NCBI GenBank assembly: GCA_963729625.1
Contig: CAVSOU010000011.1
Coordinates: forward strand, 96,001-160,000
Length of the DNA stretch: 64,000 nt
Reading direction: 5' to 3'
Source of the DNA: an uncultured bacterium
GTDB lineage: Bacteria; Chloroflexota; UBA5177; JANWHV01
Numbering within the stretch: the first letter of the stretch is position 1; each line of letters begins with the position of its first letter. The position numbers and the translations under genes were made by a program. Of this stretch, positions 47,510 through 59,795 are shown one piece after another. The notes beneath the pieces were generated by a model, which searched no databases, was not told where the DNA came from, and saw only the letters and a list, made by a program, of their open reading frames with translations.

Positions 47510-49078
47510 CTACAAGCCTTGAGGCGCGGACGCGCGTCTCCACCTCAGGTCTGGCTTCCGTGCCGCGAGAGCTTCGTCGATGCGCGATACCGGCGCATGG
47601 TGCGGCGCGCCGCGGACCTCGTCGCTCCCCGCTTCGACTTCCCGGGCAACCGCCAGCAGCGCCTCGGCAAAGCCCTCGAGAGTGGCTCGATCTTCCGTCT
47701 CAGTCGGCTCGATCATCAGGCACTCGTCGACGATGTGCGGGAAATAGATGGTCGGCGGATGGTAGCCGAAGTCGATCAGGCGCTTCACCATGTCTATCGT
47801 CTTCACGCCTTGTTGCTTCTGCCGCGTGCCCGACACCACGAATTCATGCATGCAGCTGCCCGGGAAGGGCGCCTCGAACGCGCTGATCAGCAAGGAACGC
47901 AGGTAGTTGGCATTGAGCACGGCGTCGCGGCTTGCCAGCGTCAGGCCGTCGGGACCCATGGAGCGAACGTACACGTATGCTCGAATGAGCAGGCCAACGT
48001 TGCCGAAGAAGCTGCGCACACGGCCGATGCTGAGCGGCCGGTCGCTCGTGAGCGTGTAGAGCTCCGCGCCATCGGCACCGGCTCCCCGCTCGATCTGCGG
48101 CACGGGCAGGAAGGGCGCCAGCGCGGCCTTCACCCCGACGGGACCCGTGCCTGGTCCGCCGCCGCCATGTGGCGTGGTCATCGTCTTGTGCAGGTTGAAG
48201 TGCACTACGTCGAAGCCCATGTCGCCGGGACGCGCGGTGCCCATGATCGCATTGAGGTTCGCTCCGTCATAGTAGAGACGTCCACCGGCATCGTGTACGA
48301 TGCCGGCTATCTCCACGATGTCCTTCTCGAAAAGACCGCACGTATTCGGATTGGTGAGCATCAACGCCGCGGTTCGCGGTCCGGTTAGCCGGCGCAGATC
48401 GTCGACGTCGACCGTGCCCCGAGCATTGGATTTCACTTGCACGACGCTGTATCCTGCGGCAGCCGCACTCGCCGGGTTGGTTCCGTGGGCCGTGTCCGGC
48501 ACCAGGACCTCGCTCCGGCGATCGCCGCGACTCTCATGGAAGGCGCGGATGATCATCAGACCCGTGAGCTCGCCATGCGCCCCCGCTGCCGGCTGCAGCG
48601 TGAAGGCGTCCATGCCGCCTATCTCACAGAGATACTCCTGCAAGCGGAAGAGAAGCGCGAGCACGCCCTGGACTGTGGAGTCGGGCTGGTGTGGATGGAG
48701 ACCGGACCAGCGTGGATCGGCGACTAGGTCCTCGTGCAGTTTTGGATTGTACTTCATGGTGCACGAGCCAAGTGGGTAGAATCCGCCGTCGATGCTGTAA
48801 TTCAGCTGCGAGAGCCTGGTGAAGTGCCTCACGACCTGCAGTTCACTCATTTCGGGCAGCTCAGCAGTTGTAGATCGCTGGAGTTGCGATGGGATGAGTG
48901 CCGCGATCGGTTGCTCAGGCACGTCACAGGCCGGAAGGGAGAAAGCCGATCGACCGGGAGACGATAGCTCAAACACGGTCGGCTCGAGGACCTTGCGGTC
49001 GGCGGTTGTCGCGGCGGAGCTTGGCCGTGCTGGCGCCGCGTCCTGCATATCTTTCAAGGGCTGGCCTATCGCCATCAT
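47510..49078 (-). CDS. gcvPB: Glycine dehydrogenase (decarboxylating) subunit 2
   Basis: [42 protein letters not shown]; ATGA overlap with gcvPA. Confidence 0.96.
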   Translation of the reverse strand: MMAIGQPLKDMQDAAPARPSSAATTADRKVLEPTVFELSSPGRSAFSLPACDVPEQPIAALIPSQLQRSTTAELPEMSELQVVRHFTRLSQLNYSIDGGFYPLGSCTMKYNPKLHEDLVADPRWSGLHPHQPDSTVQGVLALLFRLQEYLCEIGGMDAFTLQPAAGAHGELTGLMIIRAFHESRGDRRSEVLVPDTAHGTNPASAAAAGYSVVQVKSNARGTVDVDDLRRLTGPRTAALMLTNPNTCGLFEKDIVEIAGIVHDAGGRLYYDGANLNAIMGTARPGDMGFDVVHFNLHKTMTTPHGGGGPGTGPVGVKAALAPFLPVPQIERGAGADGAELYTLTSDRPLSIGRVRSFFGNVGLLIRAYVYVRSMGPDGLTLASRDAVLNANYLRSLLISAFEAPFPGSCMHEFVVSGTRQKQQGVKTIDMVKRLIDFGYHPPTIYFPHIVDECLMIEPTETEDRATLEGFAEALLAVAREVEAGSDEVRGAPHHAPVSRIDEALAARKPDLRWRRASAPQGL

Positions 49079-50418
49079 GCGCGCACCTCTCCCAGTGCCT
49101 GAGCCAGGGCATCGATATCTTCTCTGCCGTTCAGCTCCGTGCAACACACGAGCAGTCCTTGCGGAATGCCCGCCTGTCCATCCAGCGGGATTCCGGCGAG
49201 GATGCCACGCGTGACCAGGGCGTCGCGAATCTCCGCTCCCGGCAGAGGCGTGCGGACCGCGAACTCATGGAAGAAGGGCCGGTGAAAAGCCAGTTCATAG
49301 CCGGCGACCCTGCCGATCTGGTCGGCCGCGTAGTGCGCCTTCTGCACGCACAGATTGGCCACGTGGCGCAGACCCTGCTTGCCCATGTAGCTGAGGTACA
49401 TGGTGGCCGTCGTGGCGCAGAGCGCATGGTTGGAGCAAATATTGCTGGTAGCCTTCTCCCGTCGAATGTCTTGTTCGCGCGTGCGCAGCGTCATGACGTA
49501 GGCACGGCGCCCCCGCGAGTCGACGCTGGCGCCCACGATGCGTCCCGGCAAGCGACGCACGAGCGATTCCTTGCAGGCGATGAACCCTGCGTACGGTCCG
49601 CCATACGCGAGCGGCATGCCAAACGGCTGGGCATCACCCACCGCGATGTCCGCGCCCACTTCACCGGGCGTGCTCAACAGTGCCAGCGACAGCGGGTTTA
49701 CACACGCGACATACAGTGCGCCGGCCCCGTGCGCGGCTTCGGCCAGAACCGCCTGGTCTTCGACAATCCCGAAATAGTTCGGCGACTGAGCGATCACGAC
49801 CGCGCTGCGATCGTCGAGGGCCGCGGCCACCCGCGCGGCGTCCACGCTGCCATTCAGGGCCGGCACTTCAGTCAATGTAAGGCCCTGGCTCCAGCAGTAC
49901 GTCCGGAGCACCTGCAGATAGTCGGGATTGAGTGTGCCGGGCACAATCACCCCACGACGCCCCGTGGCGTTCACGGCCATCATCGCCGCTTCCGCACATG
50001 CCGTGGCGGCGTCATAGAGCGAGGCGTTGGAGACGTCGAGCCCGGTTAGCTCGCAGATCATGCTCTGCCACTCGTAGGTCACTTGCAGCGTGCCCTGGCT
50101 AACCTCCGGCTGGTACGGCGTGTACGCTGTGACAAACTCGCCACGGGACGCCAATGCCGAGACAACGGCCGGAATGTGGTGATGGTAAGCGCCGCCCCCA
50201 AGGAAGGAGCGTGGCCCGGCACGCAGGCTATTGCGGTCGGCCAGTCTCTCCATCTCCTGGATGATCTCGGGTTCCGAGACCGCAACTGGCAGGTCGAGCG
50301 GACCAGAGCGCAGTCCTGATGGGATGTCGGCGAGCAGGTCCTCCATGCTGGAGACGCCAAGCGAATCGAGCATCGCGCCGCGATCGGCATCGGTGTGAGG
50401 GAGATATGGTGTGGGCAT
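49075..50418 (-). CDS. gcvPA: Glycine dehydrogenase (decarboxylating) subunit 1
   Basis: [36 protein letters not shown]. Confidence 0.96.
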   Translation of the reverse strand: MPTPYLPHTDADRGAMLDSLGVSSMEDLLADIPSGLRSGPLDLPVAVSEPEIIQEMERLADRNSLRAGPRSFLGGGAYHHHIPAVVSALASRGEFVTAYTPYQPEVSQGTLQVTYEWQSMICELTGLDVSNASLYDAATACAEAAMMAVNATGRRGVIVPGTLNPDYLQVLRTYCWSQGLTLTEVPALNGSVDAARVAAALDDRSAVVIAQSPNYFGIVEDQAVLAEAAHGAGALYVACVNPLSLALLSTPGEVGADIAVGDAQPFGMPLAYGGPYAGFIACKESLVRRLPGRIVGASVDSRGRRAYVMTLRTREQDIRREKATSNICSNHALCATTATMYLSYMGKQGLRHVANLCVQKAHYAADQIGRVAGYELAFHRPFFHEFAVRTPLPGAEIRDALVTRGILAGIPLDGQAGIPQGLLVCCTELNGREDIDALAQALGEVRA

Positions 50419-50461
50419 TCTGCGGTGATCCTTTGAACTCGTCAATCTCGATGTGTCCCCG

Positions 50462-50621
50462 CGCTGCCCTGATGCCGCAGCTTCAGGCCCACGGGCGCCA
50501 TATCTCGTAGCCGCCGCAGCCGCGGGGTACGCATACAGTGGGTCGCCTTCCATTCTGCTGCAGCTGGAGGTCAATCAAGTGGAAGCCCCCCGTGCGCTCC
50601 CCTGATGCCGCAGCTTCAGGC
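50462..50621. repeat. Two copies of a 22-bp hairpin repeat in the gcvH-gcvPA spacer
   Basis: CCCTGATGCCGCAGCTTCAGGC at 50467-50488 and 50600-50621. Confidence 0.85.
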
Positions 50622-50662
50622 TTGGAACACATCGCGACGACTCCCCCCTTCACGTATCAGCC

Positions 50663-51034
50663 TCAGTGCGCGGCGGTCTCCTGGTACGTGGCCCGATCCA
50701 TCAACAGTTCCCGATCGGCGACATTCCCTGAGATCTTTAGTAGCCAGCCGTCGCCGAACGGGCTGTTGTTCACGAGCTCGGGCTTGTCCACCAGCGCGGT
50801 GTTCACCTCCACCACGGTGAAATCGATGGGTGCGTACAGATCTGAAGCAGTCTTCACCGACTCGATGGTCCCGAAAGTCTCGCCGGCCTTGAACGCCTTG
50901 CCGACCGGCGGAAGCTCGACGTACACGACGTCGCCCAGCTGTTCCTGCGCGAAGTCGCTGATGCCAATGGTCATGGGGTCGCCATCGCTTGTCCACTCGT
51001 GGCTGCTCGCATAGCGGAGAAGATCCGGATTCAC
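50663..51034 (-). CDS. gcvH: Glycine cleavage system H protein
   Basis: [23 protein letters not shown], lipoyl site IESVKTASD; AGGAGG RBS plus GTG. Confidence 0.96.
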   Translation of the reverse strand: MNPDLLRYASSHEWTSDGDPMTIGISDFAQEQLGDVVYVELPPVGKAFKAGETFGTIESVKTASDLYAPIDFTVVEVNTALVDKPELVNNSPFGDGWLLKISGNVADRELLMDRATYQETAAH

Positions 51035-51252
51035 GTCTGTCCCTCCTATGTGCTTCATCGGTGTACGGTCAACTGGCGAAACGATCGTCGACTCGGGCGC
51101 GCCCGGGAATCGCGATCTGTGCTGATGAGTCAAATGTCCTGCCTGTGGCCTTTCCAGTGGCCGGGCCTCGGCCCGCGCGTCTGATACTCCCGCCTTCAGG
51201 CCGCCTCTGCTGTTGTGCCCTGGGAAACGTTACGAACGTGACAAGTGCCCCT

Positions 51253-52476
51253 CTAGGTTTGCTTTTGGCGTCGATAGAACGGTGTCTTGACTACCGTGGC
51301 TCGGTGCGGCTGGTCGCGCACCCGCACGGCAACCGTGGTGCCGATTGGCGACTCCGCGACCGGCAGATAGGCAAGGGCGATTCCCTTGCCGAGCGTGGGC
51401 GAGAAGCCGCCGCTCGTCACCTCGCCAAGCTGATTGCCTGCGCTATCGACGACAGCGTAGTGGGCGCGCGGCACAGCCCGATCATCCATGGCGAGCCCGG
51501 CAAGCACGCGTGTGAGACCTTCTCGCTGCTGCGCTGCCAGCGCATCGCGGCCTCTGAACTTCGGCTTCTCAAGCTTGACCCAGCGGCCAAGTCCGGCTTC
51601 CAGCGGCGTCGTATCGTCGGTGATGTCATTGCCGTAAAGGGGTAGCCTCGCCTCGAGACGAAGCGTGTCGCGCGCGCCGAGGCCAACCGGTCGCAGCCCA
51701 TAATCGACGCCGGCCCCGCGCAGAGCGTTCCACAGATTCACCGCCTGCGCGGCGTCGACCAGCAGCTCAAAACCGTCCTCGCCCGTGTAACCGGTCCGCG
51801 CAATGGTGACCGCGAGTCCAGCCACCACAGACGTTGCCAGCCCGAAGAAAGGAAGCGCTTCGAGCGGCTCATCCGTCAGCGCCTGGAGGATGATTTCCGC
51901 ATTCGGACCCTGGATGGCGATCAACGCGGTCTCGAAACTGCGATCTTCGATCGTCGTGACGCCTTGCAGCCGTTCCTCTCCTTGAACCTGATTCAGCCAG
52001 GCCCAATCCTTCTCGGTGTTGGCGGCGTTCACGATCAGGAGGTAATGGGCGTCCTCCGCTCCCGGCAGGTGGTAGGCGATAATGTCGTCCACGATCGTGC
52101 CGTCGTCCCGACACATCGGCGAATAGACCGCGCGCGACGCCGGCACCATGCTGATGTCGTTGGTTATCAGCGTGTTGACGAGACATAAGGCGCCCGGGCC
52201 GCCCACGTAGAACTCGCCCATGTGCGAGAGGTCAAAAAGACCGGCGGTGGTTCGCGTGGCGTTGTGTTCCTCGACGATGCTGCCGTAATCGATCGGCATG
52301 TGCCAGCCGCCGAAGGGCGCCATGCGCGCCCCTAGCGCCACATGCTGGGCATGCAGAGGCGTTTCACGCAACGTTTCCGTTGCGGGAGCCACGTCCCGCC
52401 ACGGGCTCGGCCTCGCCGCGCGATCCGTGCCTGGCACGTCGTGCCCGGGCCGCGCCGGAGTAGCGTCCTCGCTCAT
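51253..52476 (-). CDS. gcvT: Glycine cleavage system aminomethyltransferase T
   Basis: FDLSHMG, RTGYTGEDGFE, GLGARDTLRLEA, VTSG.FSPTL. Confidence 0.96.
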   Translation of the reverse strand: MSEDATPARPGHDVPGTDRAARPSPWRDVAPATETLRETPLHAQHVALGARMAPFGGWHMPIDYGSIVEEHNATRTTAGLFDLSHMGEFYVGGPGALCLVNTLITNDISMVPASRAVYSPMCRDDGTIVDDIIAYHLPGAEDAHYLLIVNAANTEKDWAWLNQVQGEERLQGVTTIEDRSFETALIAIQGPNAEIILQALTDEPLEALPFFGLATSVVAGLAVTIARTGYTGEDGFELLVDAAQAVNLWNALRGAGVDYGLRPVGLGARDTLRLEARLPLYGNDITDDTTPLEAGLGRWVKLEKPKFRGRDALAAQQREGLTRVLAGLAMDDRAVPRAHYAVVDSAGNQLGEVTSGGFSPTLGKGIALAYLPVAESPIGTTVAVRVRDQPHRATVVKTPFYRRQKQT

Positions 52477-52513
52477 CTCGTCACCCTTCTCAAGGCTCCA
52501 GTTCCGGCACCAC

Positions 52514-52566
52514 AAAACAGAAAGAGCGGAGACTATGGGGTATCATCGCCCGCATAGCTCCGCTCT
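52514..52566 (-). terminator. Riboswitch expression-platform intrinsic terminator
   Basis: Minus strand AGAGCGGAG-CTATG...CATAG-T-CTCCGCTCT followed by TTCTGTTTT. Confidence 0.8.
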
Positions 52567-52724
52567 GTTCTCGTCCAGCCCGCCTCGCAAGAGACGGCCG
52601 GGTCCCGTTCAGAGCACCGTCCAGCCGGAATCCTGTTGCCTGAGAGATTCACCCGCCTTGCGAGCTTTCCCCTTCGGCGCCGCGCCTAGCTTGACGCGAT
52701 CTCTTTTCCTGCCTTCTCCCGGTA
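52563..52724 (-). promoter_or_regulatory. Glycine riboswitch (one aptamer plus ghost aptamer)
   Basis: GAGA...CGCCGAAGGGGAAAG...AATCTCTCAGGCAACAGGA, then GGACGGTGCTCTG linker; directly upstream of gcvT. Confidence 0.88.
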
Positions 52725-52733
52725 GCTAGTCAC

Positions 52734-52763
52734 AGTGTAGGCGGGGTGAGAGGGAAAAATCAA
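52734..52763 (-). promoter_or_regulatory. Putative sigma70 promoter of the gcv operon
   Basis: TTGATT-N18-TACACT just upstream of the riboswitch. Confidence 0.5.
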
Positions 52764-52843
52764 ATTCACAGAAAGTTTACAACTGGAAACACAACGTTTA
52801 TCAATGCATAACGACCTGCAAACATTTCGCGCCTACCCTTGGA

Positions 52844-53356
52844 GTGTGCGCAGGCAGATCGGCCCCCGGCCTCGGAAGGCGGAGCAATCCGCGAGGGCCT
52901 GCGGAAAACGGCAGGGAGAGAAACGCTGTGGCTACCGCGGTTGAGCAGCTTGGACTTCTACGACGCATTCCCCTTTCGAGCATTGTCATTGCCAGCACCG
53001 ACGCGGCCGGCGTTCCGACGGGGTTGACGGGCGCCGCCGGCTCGCGATCGGGCACAGGCCTCGCCGACCGCATAGCCGCTCAACGACGGACGTCGCTGCC
53101 GCCGGCGGGGAAGGCTGCGATCCGGGTCATGCAGTCCGCCGCGGTCGAGGTCGCCGTGAGGAACGAGGGCGCTCTGATCTGGGATCTGCGATCGTGCCCG
53201 GCAAGCAGCTACCTCACGGTCGAGGCCGGCACTTACGATATCGAAGTGCGAACGACCGGTTCAACGGCTGACCCCCTTCATCTTCCCGGGATCACGCTGC
53301 GAGCCGGGAAGATCTACACGGTCTACGGATATGGCGACCGCTCACTGCAAGGCTAG
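52844..53356 (+). pseudogene. Degraded DUF4397-like gene
   Basis: AAIRVMQS...ASSYLTVEAGTYDIEVR...LRAGKIYTVY resembles a DUF4397 repeat; the 5' part is unrecognisable. Confidence 0.55.
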
Positions 53357-53424
53357 GCGTATTTCATGGAGGTCGGAGGCCGCCCCATCAATACCGCACA
53401 CCCAGCGTGGAAGCATTCAGGCCG

Positions 53425-54657
53425 TCACGTCACCGCGACCGGCTGCACCGCGGGCAGACCGGCGTTGGGCACGAGGACCGTTACCCGACCGGAACCGTCC
53501 ACCTGTTCAATATTCACGTGAGGCTGGTTGAGTCTTCGCGATGTCGCATCGAGCGAATCGGCCGGCTTCAGCAGAGTCGTTAACCGAGAGTCGTTTCCGA
53601 CCACGCTGAATATCACCACCCTGCTGCCGGGCACCTGGCTGAATCCGCCGAGGTAGTAGGCGCTGAGCTGCACAACCACGCTGCGCCCCGAGCCATCGGA
53701 GGTCGCGCGGCAGATGCTCGCAAGATACCTGGTCGACGTCAGCGTGGCAGTGCCATGACCGATCTCTACTGTCGTCTGCACGGTCCGCTGCTCGAAGTAG
53801 AGGGATTTGCCGTCCGTGGACCAGCTTGGCGCCTCTCCCGGACCGACACTCGCCAGGATGGCGCCCGTGCGTGCGCGTAGAAGTTGGACGGACGGCACGC
53901 TACCTGCGCCGGCGGACTGGCCGACGAGGGCCAGCACACCAGTGCGCGAAAGCGCCGGGCTGCGCCACGACCGCGCGGCGCCGAATACCGACGTCTTTCC
54001 CGTGGGCAAGTTGATCACTTGCAGGCCGGGTGCGCACGGCGAAGCATAGACGGCAATGCCGGAGCGAGCGCTCCAGCGCAGCGATCGCTCGGGGTTGGAT
54101 TCGCGCAGGTAGAGACTACCGGCCGGGTCGGAGACGCCTTCGCCAATACCGCAGAACTGGGCGTTCGTCGACCGCCACAGGTGGCTCGTGCGTCCCTGCA
54201 TATCCACTGCAGTGACGTCGAAATAGGCGCGGCCGTGGTCGTATCCCGAATCCGAAATGTAGGCAACCTGGTCCGTATCGACGGCCCAACCCGGGTAGAA
54301 ATCCCCGCTGCCGCCGACAAGCGTGTGCAGGACTGTACCGGAGCGATCGAGGACGAGCAGATTCTGGGGCGCCGTCGCACCCGGGCCGTTGTTGCGACGG
54401 AGCAGCGCAAGGTATTTGCCGTCGGGCGACCATGCATACCACGGGTACGAGGCGCCGGAGCCGTTGTCGCGACCCTTGGTAGTCACGACGGTACGATGCC
54501 GCGTCGCAAGGTTGATGAGGAACACGTTGCTGTTCTGCGTGAAGGCCACGAGAACGGGCGACACTGGCGTGGCCGTCTTCGCCTCGACGTGCCAGGGAAC
54601 GATGCAGATAGCCGTGATCAGGGCGCACAGACCGCGAAGACGCATCACCCGCATCAC
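53425..54657 (-). CDS. Secreted TolB/PD40-like beta-propeller protein
   Basis: Signal peptide (VEA); AWSPDGKYLA, PSWSTDGKSLYF repeats. Confidence 0.75.
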   Translation of the reverse strand: MMRVMRLRGLCALITAICIVPWHVEAKTATPVSPVLVAFTQNSNVFLINLATRHRTVVTTKGRDNGSGASYPWYAWSPDGKYLALLRRNNGPGATAPQNLLVLDRSGTVLHTLVGGSGDFYPGWAVDTDQVAYISDSGYDHGRAYFDVTAVDMQGRTSHLWRSTNAQFCGIGEGVSDPAGSLYLRESNPERSLRWSARSGIAVYASPCAPGLQVINLPTGKTSVFGAARSWRSPALSRTGVLALVGQSAGAGSVPSVQLLRARTGAILASVGPGEAPSWSTDGKSLYFEQRTVQTTVEIGHGTATLTSTRYLASICRATSDGSGRSVVVQLSAYYLGGFSQVPGSRVVIFSVVGNDSRLTTLLKPADSLDATSRRLNQPHVNIEQVDGSGRVTVLVPNAGLPAVQPVAVT

Positions 54658-55199
54658 CCCAACGGTACCCTGCTCGCTATTCCTGCACCCTTTGCTTCAG
54701 AGTGTACGACCTTTTCTGCCGGACGCCGGCCCGGCAGAGCGTCGGAGATGCCGCCTCAGTCGCCGCCATCGCGATCGGCATCGTCGGCACAGAGATCGCG
54801 CAAGCCGGTCTCGTCCAGGAAGCCGTCTGCGCCGCCGGAGACCCCGATGCGTGACCTTGCCGGCCCGACCTCGCACACTGCAGCGTGGATTTCGGCTATT
54901 ATTACGAGAACCACCTCGCTACCGAGTTACCATTGATTGATGATGTCCGGACGGAACGCGAGTCCGGCAGCCTCGTTGGTTCAACCGCCGGCATCAGGTC
55001 CACCGCATTCCCACTCAGGTGGCGGTATACGGTATATTCTGGATCTGACCGCAAGATCATGATATCGCCGACGCTCGGTATCTTCAGAGAGCGCGGCCTC
55101 GGCTCCGCCACAACGATCGTGGCACCCTCCGCGGCAAGGTCGCCGGCATTGGGATACAGGCCGGATCACTCCTCGTAGCAGAGAGAACAGAAGGAACAC

Positions 55200-58100
55200 A
55201 TGCACAGATCCCATCCGACTGCCGACCTTCCTCCGGCGCAGGGCCTGTACGATCCACGGAATGAGCATGACGGCTGTGGCATAGGCTTTGTCGCCAGCAT
55301 TCGTGGAGAGAAGAGCCACGACATTATTCTCAGAGGCATTGAGGTCCTGATCAACCTGACTCATCGCGGCGCCAGTGGCGGCGACCCGGAGACGGGTGAT
55401 GGGGCGGGCGTACTGATCCAGATTCCGCACCAGTTCTTTGCGCGCGAGTGCGCCGCCCTTGGCTTTGAGCTGCCCGCGCCCGGAGCGTACGCCGTGGGCA
55501 TGGTATTCCTTCCTGTCGACATGCAAGGCCGCCTGCGTTGCGCGGGAATACTCGAGCGCATCATGAGCGATGAGGGCCTCAGCGTCCTGGGCTGGCGCGA
55601 CACCCCGGTCAATGGCAATGCGATTGGTCGCGTGGCGCGCGCCGAACAACCGTACATCGAGCAGATCTTCGTCGCGCGACCGGACGAGGGTATGGACGAG
55701 GATGCGTTCGAGCGTAGGCTCTACGTCGCTCGCAGGCGCGCCGAGAGGGAGATCGCGGCGTCCGATATCGAAGATAAAGGCATGTTCTACGTGCCCTCGC
55801 TGTCCTCGCGCACGATCATCTATAAGGGACTGCTGCTGGCGCCGCAAATCGCCAGGTTCTACGTCGAGCTTTCCGATCCCGAGGTAGTCAGCGCGCTGTG
55901 CCTGGTGCATCAGCGATTCTCGACCAACACGTTCCCAAGCTGGTCGCTTGCCCATCCGTATCGCTACATCGCGCACAACGGCGAAATCAATACGGTGCGC
56001 GGAAACGTGAACTGGATGCGCGCCCGGCAATCCGTGCTCGCCTCGCCGTTGTTCGGCCAGGACATCGAGAAGCTGTTCCCGATCATCACGCCGGGCGGCA
56101 GCGATTCATGCGCCTTCGATAACGCGGTCGAATTGCTCTTCCTGACGGGTCGAAGTCTTCCACACGTGATGGCCATGCTCATCCCGGAGGCCTGGTCGGG
56201 CAATCCGCACATGAGACCGGAGAAGAAGGCCTTCTACGAGTATCATGCCTCATTGATGGAGCCGTGGGACGGCCCCGCGTCGATAGCGTTCACCGACGGG
56301 CGCGTCATCGGCGCCACGCTGGACCGCAACGGGCTTCGACCAGGTCGCTACCTGATCACGCACGACGACATCGTGGTGCTCGCCTCGGAGACCGGGGTCT
56401 TCGACGTGCCGCCGGAGGAAGTGAAGCTCAAGGGCCGCCTGCAGCCGGGGAAGATGTTCCTGGTAGATACCGTGGCGGGACGAGTCGTCTCGGACCGTGA
56501 GCTCAAGAAGACACTGGCGGAGCGGCAGCCGTATGCAGCGTGGCTCGAGCAGCACCAGATAACGCTAGACGAGCTGGCCGAGCCCACGCGGGTGCATGGG
56601 CCAGACTACTTCACGCTGCTCAGCAGACAGCGGGCCTTTGGTTATACGGAGGAAGATCTGAAGGTGATCCTGGCGCCCATGGCCGAGAAAGGCGAAGAGC
56701 CTGTCGGTTCTATGGGCGCGGATACGCCGCTCGCCTGCCTCTCGGATCGGCCGCAGATGCTGTTCCACTACTTCAAGCAGCTCTTCGCGCAAGTGACAAA
56801 TCCGCCTATCGACGCGTTCCGAGAAGAGATGGTGATGTCGCTGATCAGCTACATCGGCACCGAGCGGAACATTCTCGAAGAGACACCACTCAACTGCCAC
56901 ACGCTCAAGCTGCCGCAGCCCATACTCACCAATCGCGAGCTCGAGAAGCTGCGGCGCGTGTCCAGCGGCGACCTCCTGGCCACTACCTTGCCGGCGCTCT
57001 TCCGCGCCGGCGATGGCGAAGAAGGACTCAAGCGTGGGCTGGACGAGCTATGCCAGCGCGCGTCACACGCGTTGCAGTCCGGCTACACATTGCTGATCCT
57101 CTCCGACCGCGGCGTGGATGTGCATTACGCGCCGATTCCCAGCCTCCTGGCGCTCGCCGCGGTGCACAACATGCTCGTGCGCCAGGGTACGCGCACCCAG
57201 GTCGCGCTCATCATCGAGTCCGGCGAGCCGCGCGAAGTGATGCACTTTGCTCTGCTGATTGGCTATGGCGCCAGCGCCGTCAATCCATATCTCGCTTTGG
57301 AGACTGTTGCGCATCAGGCTCGGCGAGGGTACTACTCGCCAACTATCACGCCCGAGATGGCGGTCAAGAATTTCATCAAGGCCATCGACAAGGGCCTGTT
57401 GAAGACGTTCTCCAAGATGGGTATCTCCACGCTGCAGAGCTATCGAGGCGCTCAGGTGTTCGAAGCCATCGGACTGAATAAGGATCTCATAGAAGCGTAC
57501 TTCACCGGCACGGTCTCGCGCATCGAGGGCGTCGACCTCGGGGTGCTCGCGCGCGAGGCGCAGATGAAGCACGAGTACGCGTTCAAGCCCCCAACGGACT
57601 CGGAGACCTCCCTATCCGTCGGAGGTACGTACAGCTACAGGGTCGGCGGGGAATTCCATCTCTTGAATCCGCTGACGATCAGCACGCTGCAGCATGCAGT
57701 GCAACAGTCGAGCCCCACCACGTTCAAGGAATACACCGAGCTGATCGACGGCGAGAACCGCAGCCTCTGCACGCTGCGCGGACTCATACGCATCAAGAAG
57801 GCAAAGAAGCCGATTCCGATCGAGGACGTCGAGCCGGCCAAGGAGATTGTGAAGCGCTTCACCACCGGCGCCATGTCCTTCGGGTCGATCAGCAAAGAGG
57901 CGCACGAGACACTGGCCGTAGCCATGAATCGCATCGGCGGAATGTCTAACACCGGCGAAGGCGGTGAGGACGAGGGGCGTTTCACGCGCGATGCGGATGG
58001 CGATTTGCGCCGTAGCGCCGTCAAGCAGGTGGCTTCCGGTCGCTTTGGCGTGACGACCAACTACCTGGTCAATGCGGACGAGTTGCAGATCAAAATGGCG

Positions 58101-59795
58101 CAGGGTGCAAAGCCGGGCGAAGGCGGGCAGCTCCCCGGCCACAAGGTCGACGAGGTGATCGCGCGCCTGCGGCACTCTATACCTGGCGTCGGACTGATCT
58201 CGCCCCCGCCTCACCACGACATTTACTCGATCGAAGACCTCGCGCAGTTGATCTACGACCTGAAGAACGTGAATCCGAAGGCGCGCATCGCCGTGAAGCT
58301 CGTGGCTGAAGTGGGAGTCGGCACCGTCGCCGCGGGCGTCGCCAAGGCGCACGCGGACGTCGTGCTGATCAGTGGCGATAGCGGCGGAACCGGCGCCTCT
58401 CCAATCAGCTCGATCGTGCATGCCGGTATTCCTTGGGAGCTCGGCCTGGCCGAGACCCAGCAGGTGCTGCTCCTGAACGACCTGCGGAGCCGTATTCGCG
58501 TGCAAACCGACGGGAAGCTGCAGACCGGGCGCGACGTGACTATCGCCGCGCTGCTCGGCGCGGAGGAGTTTGGTTTCGCCACCATGCCGCTCATCTCCAT
58601 GGGTTGCATCATGATCCGGAAATGCCACCTCAATACCTGCCCCGTGGGCATCGCCACGCAGGATCCTGAGCTTCGCAAGCAATTCAAAGGCCAGCCGGAG
58701 CACGTGATCAACTTCTTCTTCTACATTGCCGAGCAGGTCCGCGAGTACATGGCGCAGATGGGCTTCCGAACGGTGGACCAGATGGTCGGCCGGGTGGATA
58801 TGCTGGACGTGCAGGAGGCGGTCGAGCACTGGAAGGCCACCGGGCTCGACCTCTCGGCAATCCTCTACAATCCGCCCCTGCCGTCGCACGTGGCGCGCAG
58901 GCGCACCCAGCCGCAGGATCACGGGCTGGACCAGGCTTTGGATCGCCAGCTGATGGTCTACGCGCGTCAGGCGATTGAATCGAAGCGGCCCATGCAGGCC
59001 ACGCTGCCCATCCGCAACGTGCACCGCACCGTCGGCGCCATGCTGGGCGGCGAGATCGCGCGGCGCTACGGTTCGGAGGGGTTGCCGGACGACACGATTC
59101 GTTTCCATTTCATTGGATCCGCCGGGCAGAGCTTTGGCGCCTTTGTGCCCAAGGGCATCACGCTCAGTCTCGAAGGCGATGCCAACGACTACCTCGGCAA
59201 GGGCCTTTCCGGCGGACGGTTGATCGTCTATCCGCCAAGAAATTCCGGATTCCGGCCTGATGAAAGCGTGCTGGTCGGCAACGTGGTGCTGTACGGCGCC
59301 ACGAGCGGCGAGGTGTTCCTCAACGGCATCGCAGGCGAGCGATTCGCGGTACGTAACTCAGGCGTCACGGCGGTGGTCGAAGGGGTCGGCGACCATGGCT
59401 GCGAGTACATGACCAATGGGCGAGTCGTGGTGCTCGGGCATTGCGGGCGCAATTTCGCAGCCGGCATGAGCGGAGGCATTGCGTACGTATTTGACGAGAG
59501 CGGGGACTTCGCCGAAAAGCGCTGCAACCGGGCGTCGGTCGACCTTGAGCCGCTCGACGACGAAGAGGACATCAGCTTGGTGCACGGCCTGATCACCAAG
59601 CACCTGGAGCTGACCGCGAGCCCACGGGCCCGGTGGCTTCTGGACAGCTGGGCGGATATGCTGCCCAGGTTTATCAAGGTATTCCCACACGAATACAAGC
59701 GCGTGCTCCGCGACATGCGCGAGATGGAGTCATTCGTCCCGCCGGCGCAGGTTCCCGTGGCCGCGGAAGTCGGACAGGTGGTGCGGCATGGGTAA
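55200..59795 (+). CDS. gltB: Glutamate synthase large subunit
   Basis: HDGCGIGF Ntn Cys, [49 protein letters not shown]-terminal domain. Confidence 0.98.
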   Translation: MHRSHPTADLPPAQGLYDPRNEHDGCGIGFVASIRGEKSHDIILRGIEVLINLTHRGASGGDPETGDGAGVLIQIPHQFFARECAALGFELPAPGAYAVGMVFLPVDMQGRLRCAGILERIMSDEGLSVLGWRDTPVNGNAIGRVARAEQPYIEQIFVARPDEGMDEDAFERRLYVARRRAEREIAASDIEDKGMFYVPSLSSRTIIYKGLLLAPQIARFYVELSDPEVVSALCLVHQRFSTNTFPSWSLAHPYRYIAHNGEINTVRGNVNWMRARQSVLASPLFGQDIEKLFPIITPGGSDSCAFDNAVELLFLTGRSLPHVMAMLIPEAWSGNPHMRPEKKAFYEYHASLMEPWDGPASIAFTDGRVIGATLDRNGLRPGRYLITHDDIVVLASETGVFDVPPEEVKLKGRLQPGKMFLVDTVAGRVVSDRELKKTLAERQPYAAWLEQHQITLDELAEPTRVHGPDYFTLLSRQRAFGYTEEDLKVILAPMAEKGEEPVGSMGADTPLACLSDRPQMLFHYFKQLFAQVTNPPIDAFREEMVMSLISYIGTERNILEETPLNCHTLKLPQPILTNRELEKLRRVSSGDLLATTLPALFRAGDGEEGLKRGLDELCQRASHALQSGYTLLILSDRGVDVHYAPIPSLLALAAVHNMLVRQGTRTQVALIIESGEPREVMHFALLIGYGASAVNPYLALETVAHQARRGYYSPTITPEMAVKNFIKAIDKGLLKTFSKMGISTLQSYRGAQVFEAIGLNKDLIEAYFTGTVSRIEGVDLGVLAREAQMKHEYAFKPPTDSETSLSVGGTYSYRVGGEFHLLNPLTISTLQHAVQQSSPTTFKEYTELIDGENRSLCTLRGLIRIKKAKKPIPIEDVEPAKEIVKRFTTGAMSFGSISKEAHETLAVAMNRIGGMSNTGEGGEDEGRFTRDADGDLRRSAVKQVASGRFGVTTNYLVNADELQIKMAQGAKPGEGGQLPGHKVDEVIARLRHSIPGVGLISPPPHHDIYSIEDLAQLIYDLKNVNPKARIAVKLVAEVGVGTVAAGVAKAHADVVLISGDSGGTGASPISSIVHAGIPWELGLAETQQVLLLNDLRSRIRVQTDGKLQTGRDVTIAALLGAEEFGFATMPLISMGCIMIRKCHLNTCPVGIATQDPELRKQFKGQPEHVINFFFYIAEQVREYMAQMGFRTVDQMVGRVDMLDVQEAVEHWKATGLDLSAILYNPPLPSHVARRRTQPQDHGLDQALDRQLMVYARQAIESKRPMQATLPIRNVHRTVGAMLGGEIARRYGSEGLPDDTIRFHFIGSAGQSFGAFVPKGITLSLEGDANDYLGKGLSGGRLIVYPPRNSGFRPDESVLVGNVVLYGATSGEVFLNGIAGERFAVRNSGVTAVVEGVGDHGCEYMTNGRVVVLGHCGRNFAAGMSGGIAYVFDESGDFAEKRCNRASVDLEPLDDEEDISLVHGLITKHLELTASPRARWLLDSWADMLPRFIKVFPHEYKRVLRDMREMESFVPPAQVPVAAEVGQVVRHG

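Noticed and set aside
51074-51132. Hammerhead-like words GAAAC-GATC-GTC ... CTGATGA in the gcvT-gcvH spacer
   Set aside because: Stem I cannot form next to the core (G opposite G, with 10 extra nt), the segment folds better as one long hairpin, and it is antisense to the operon
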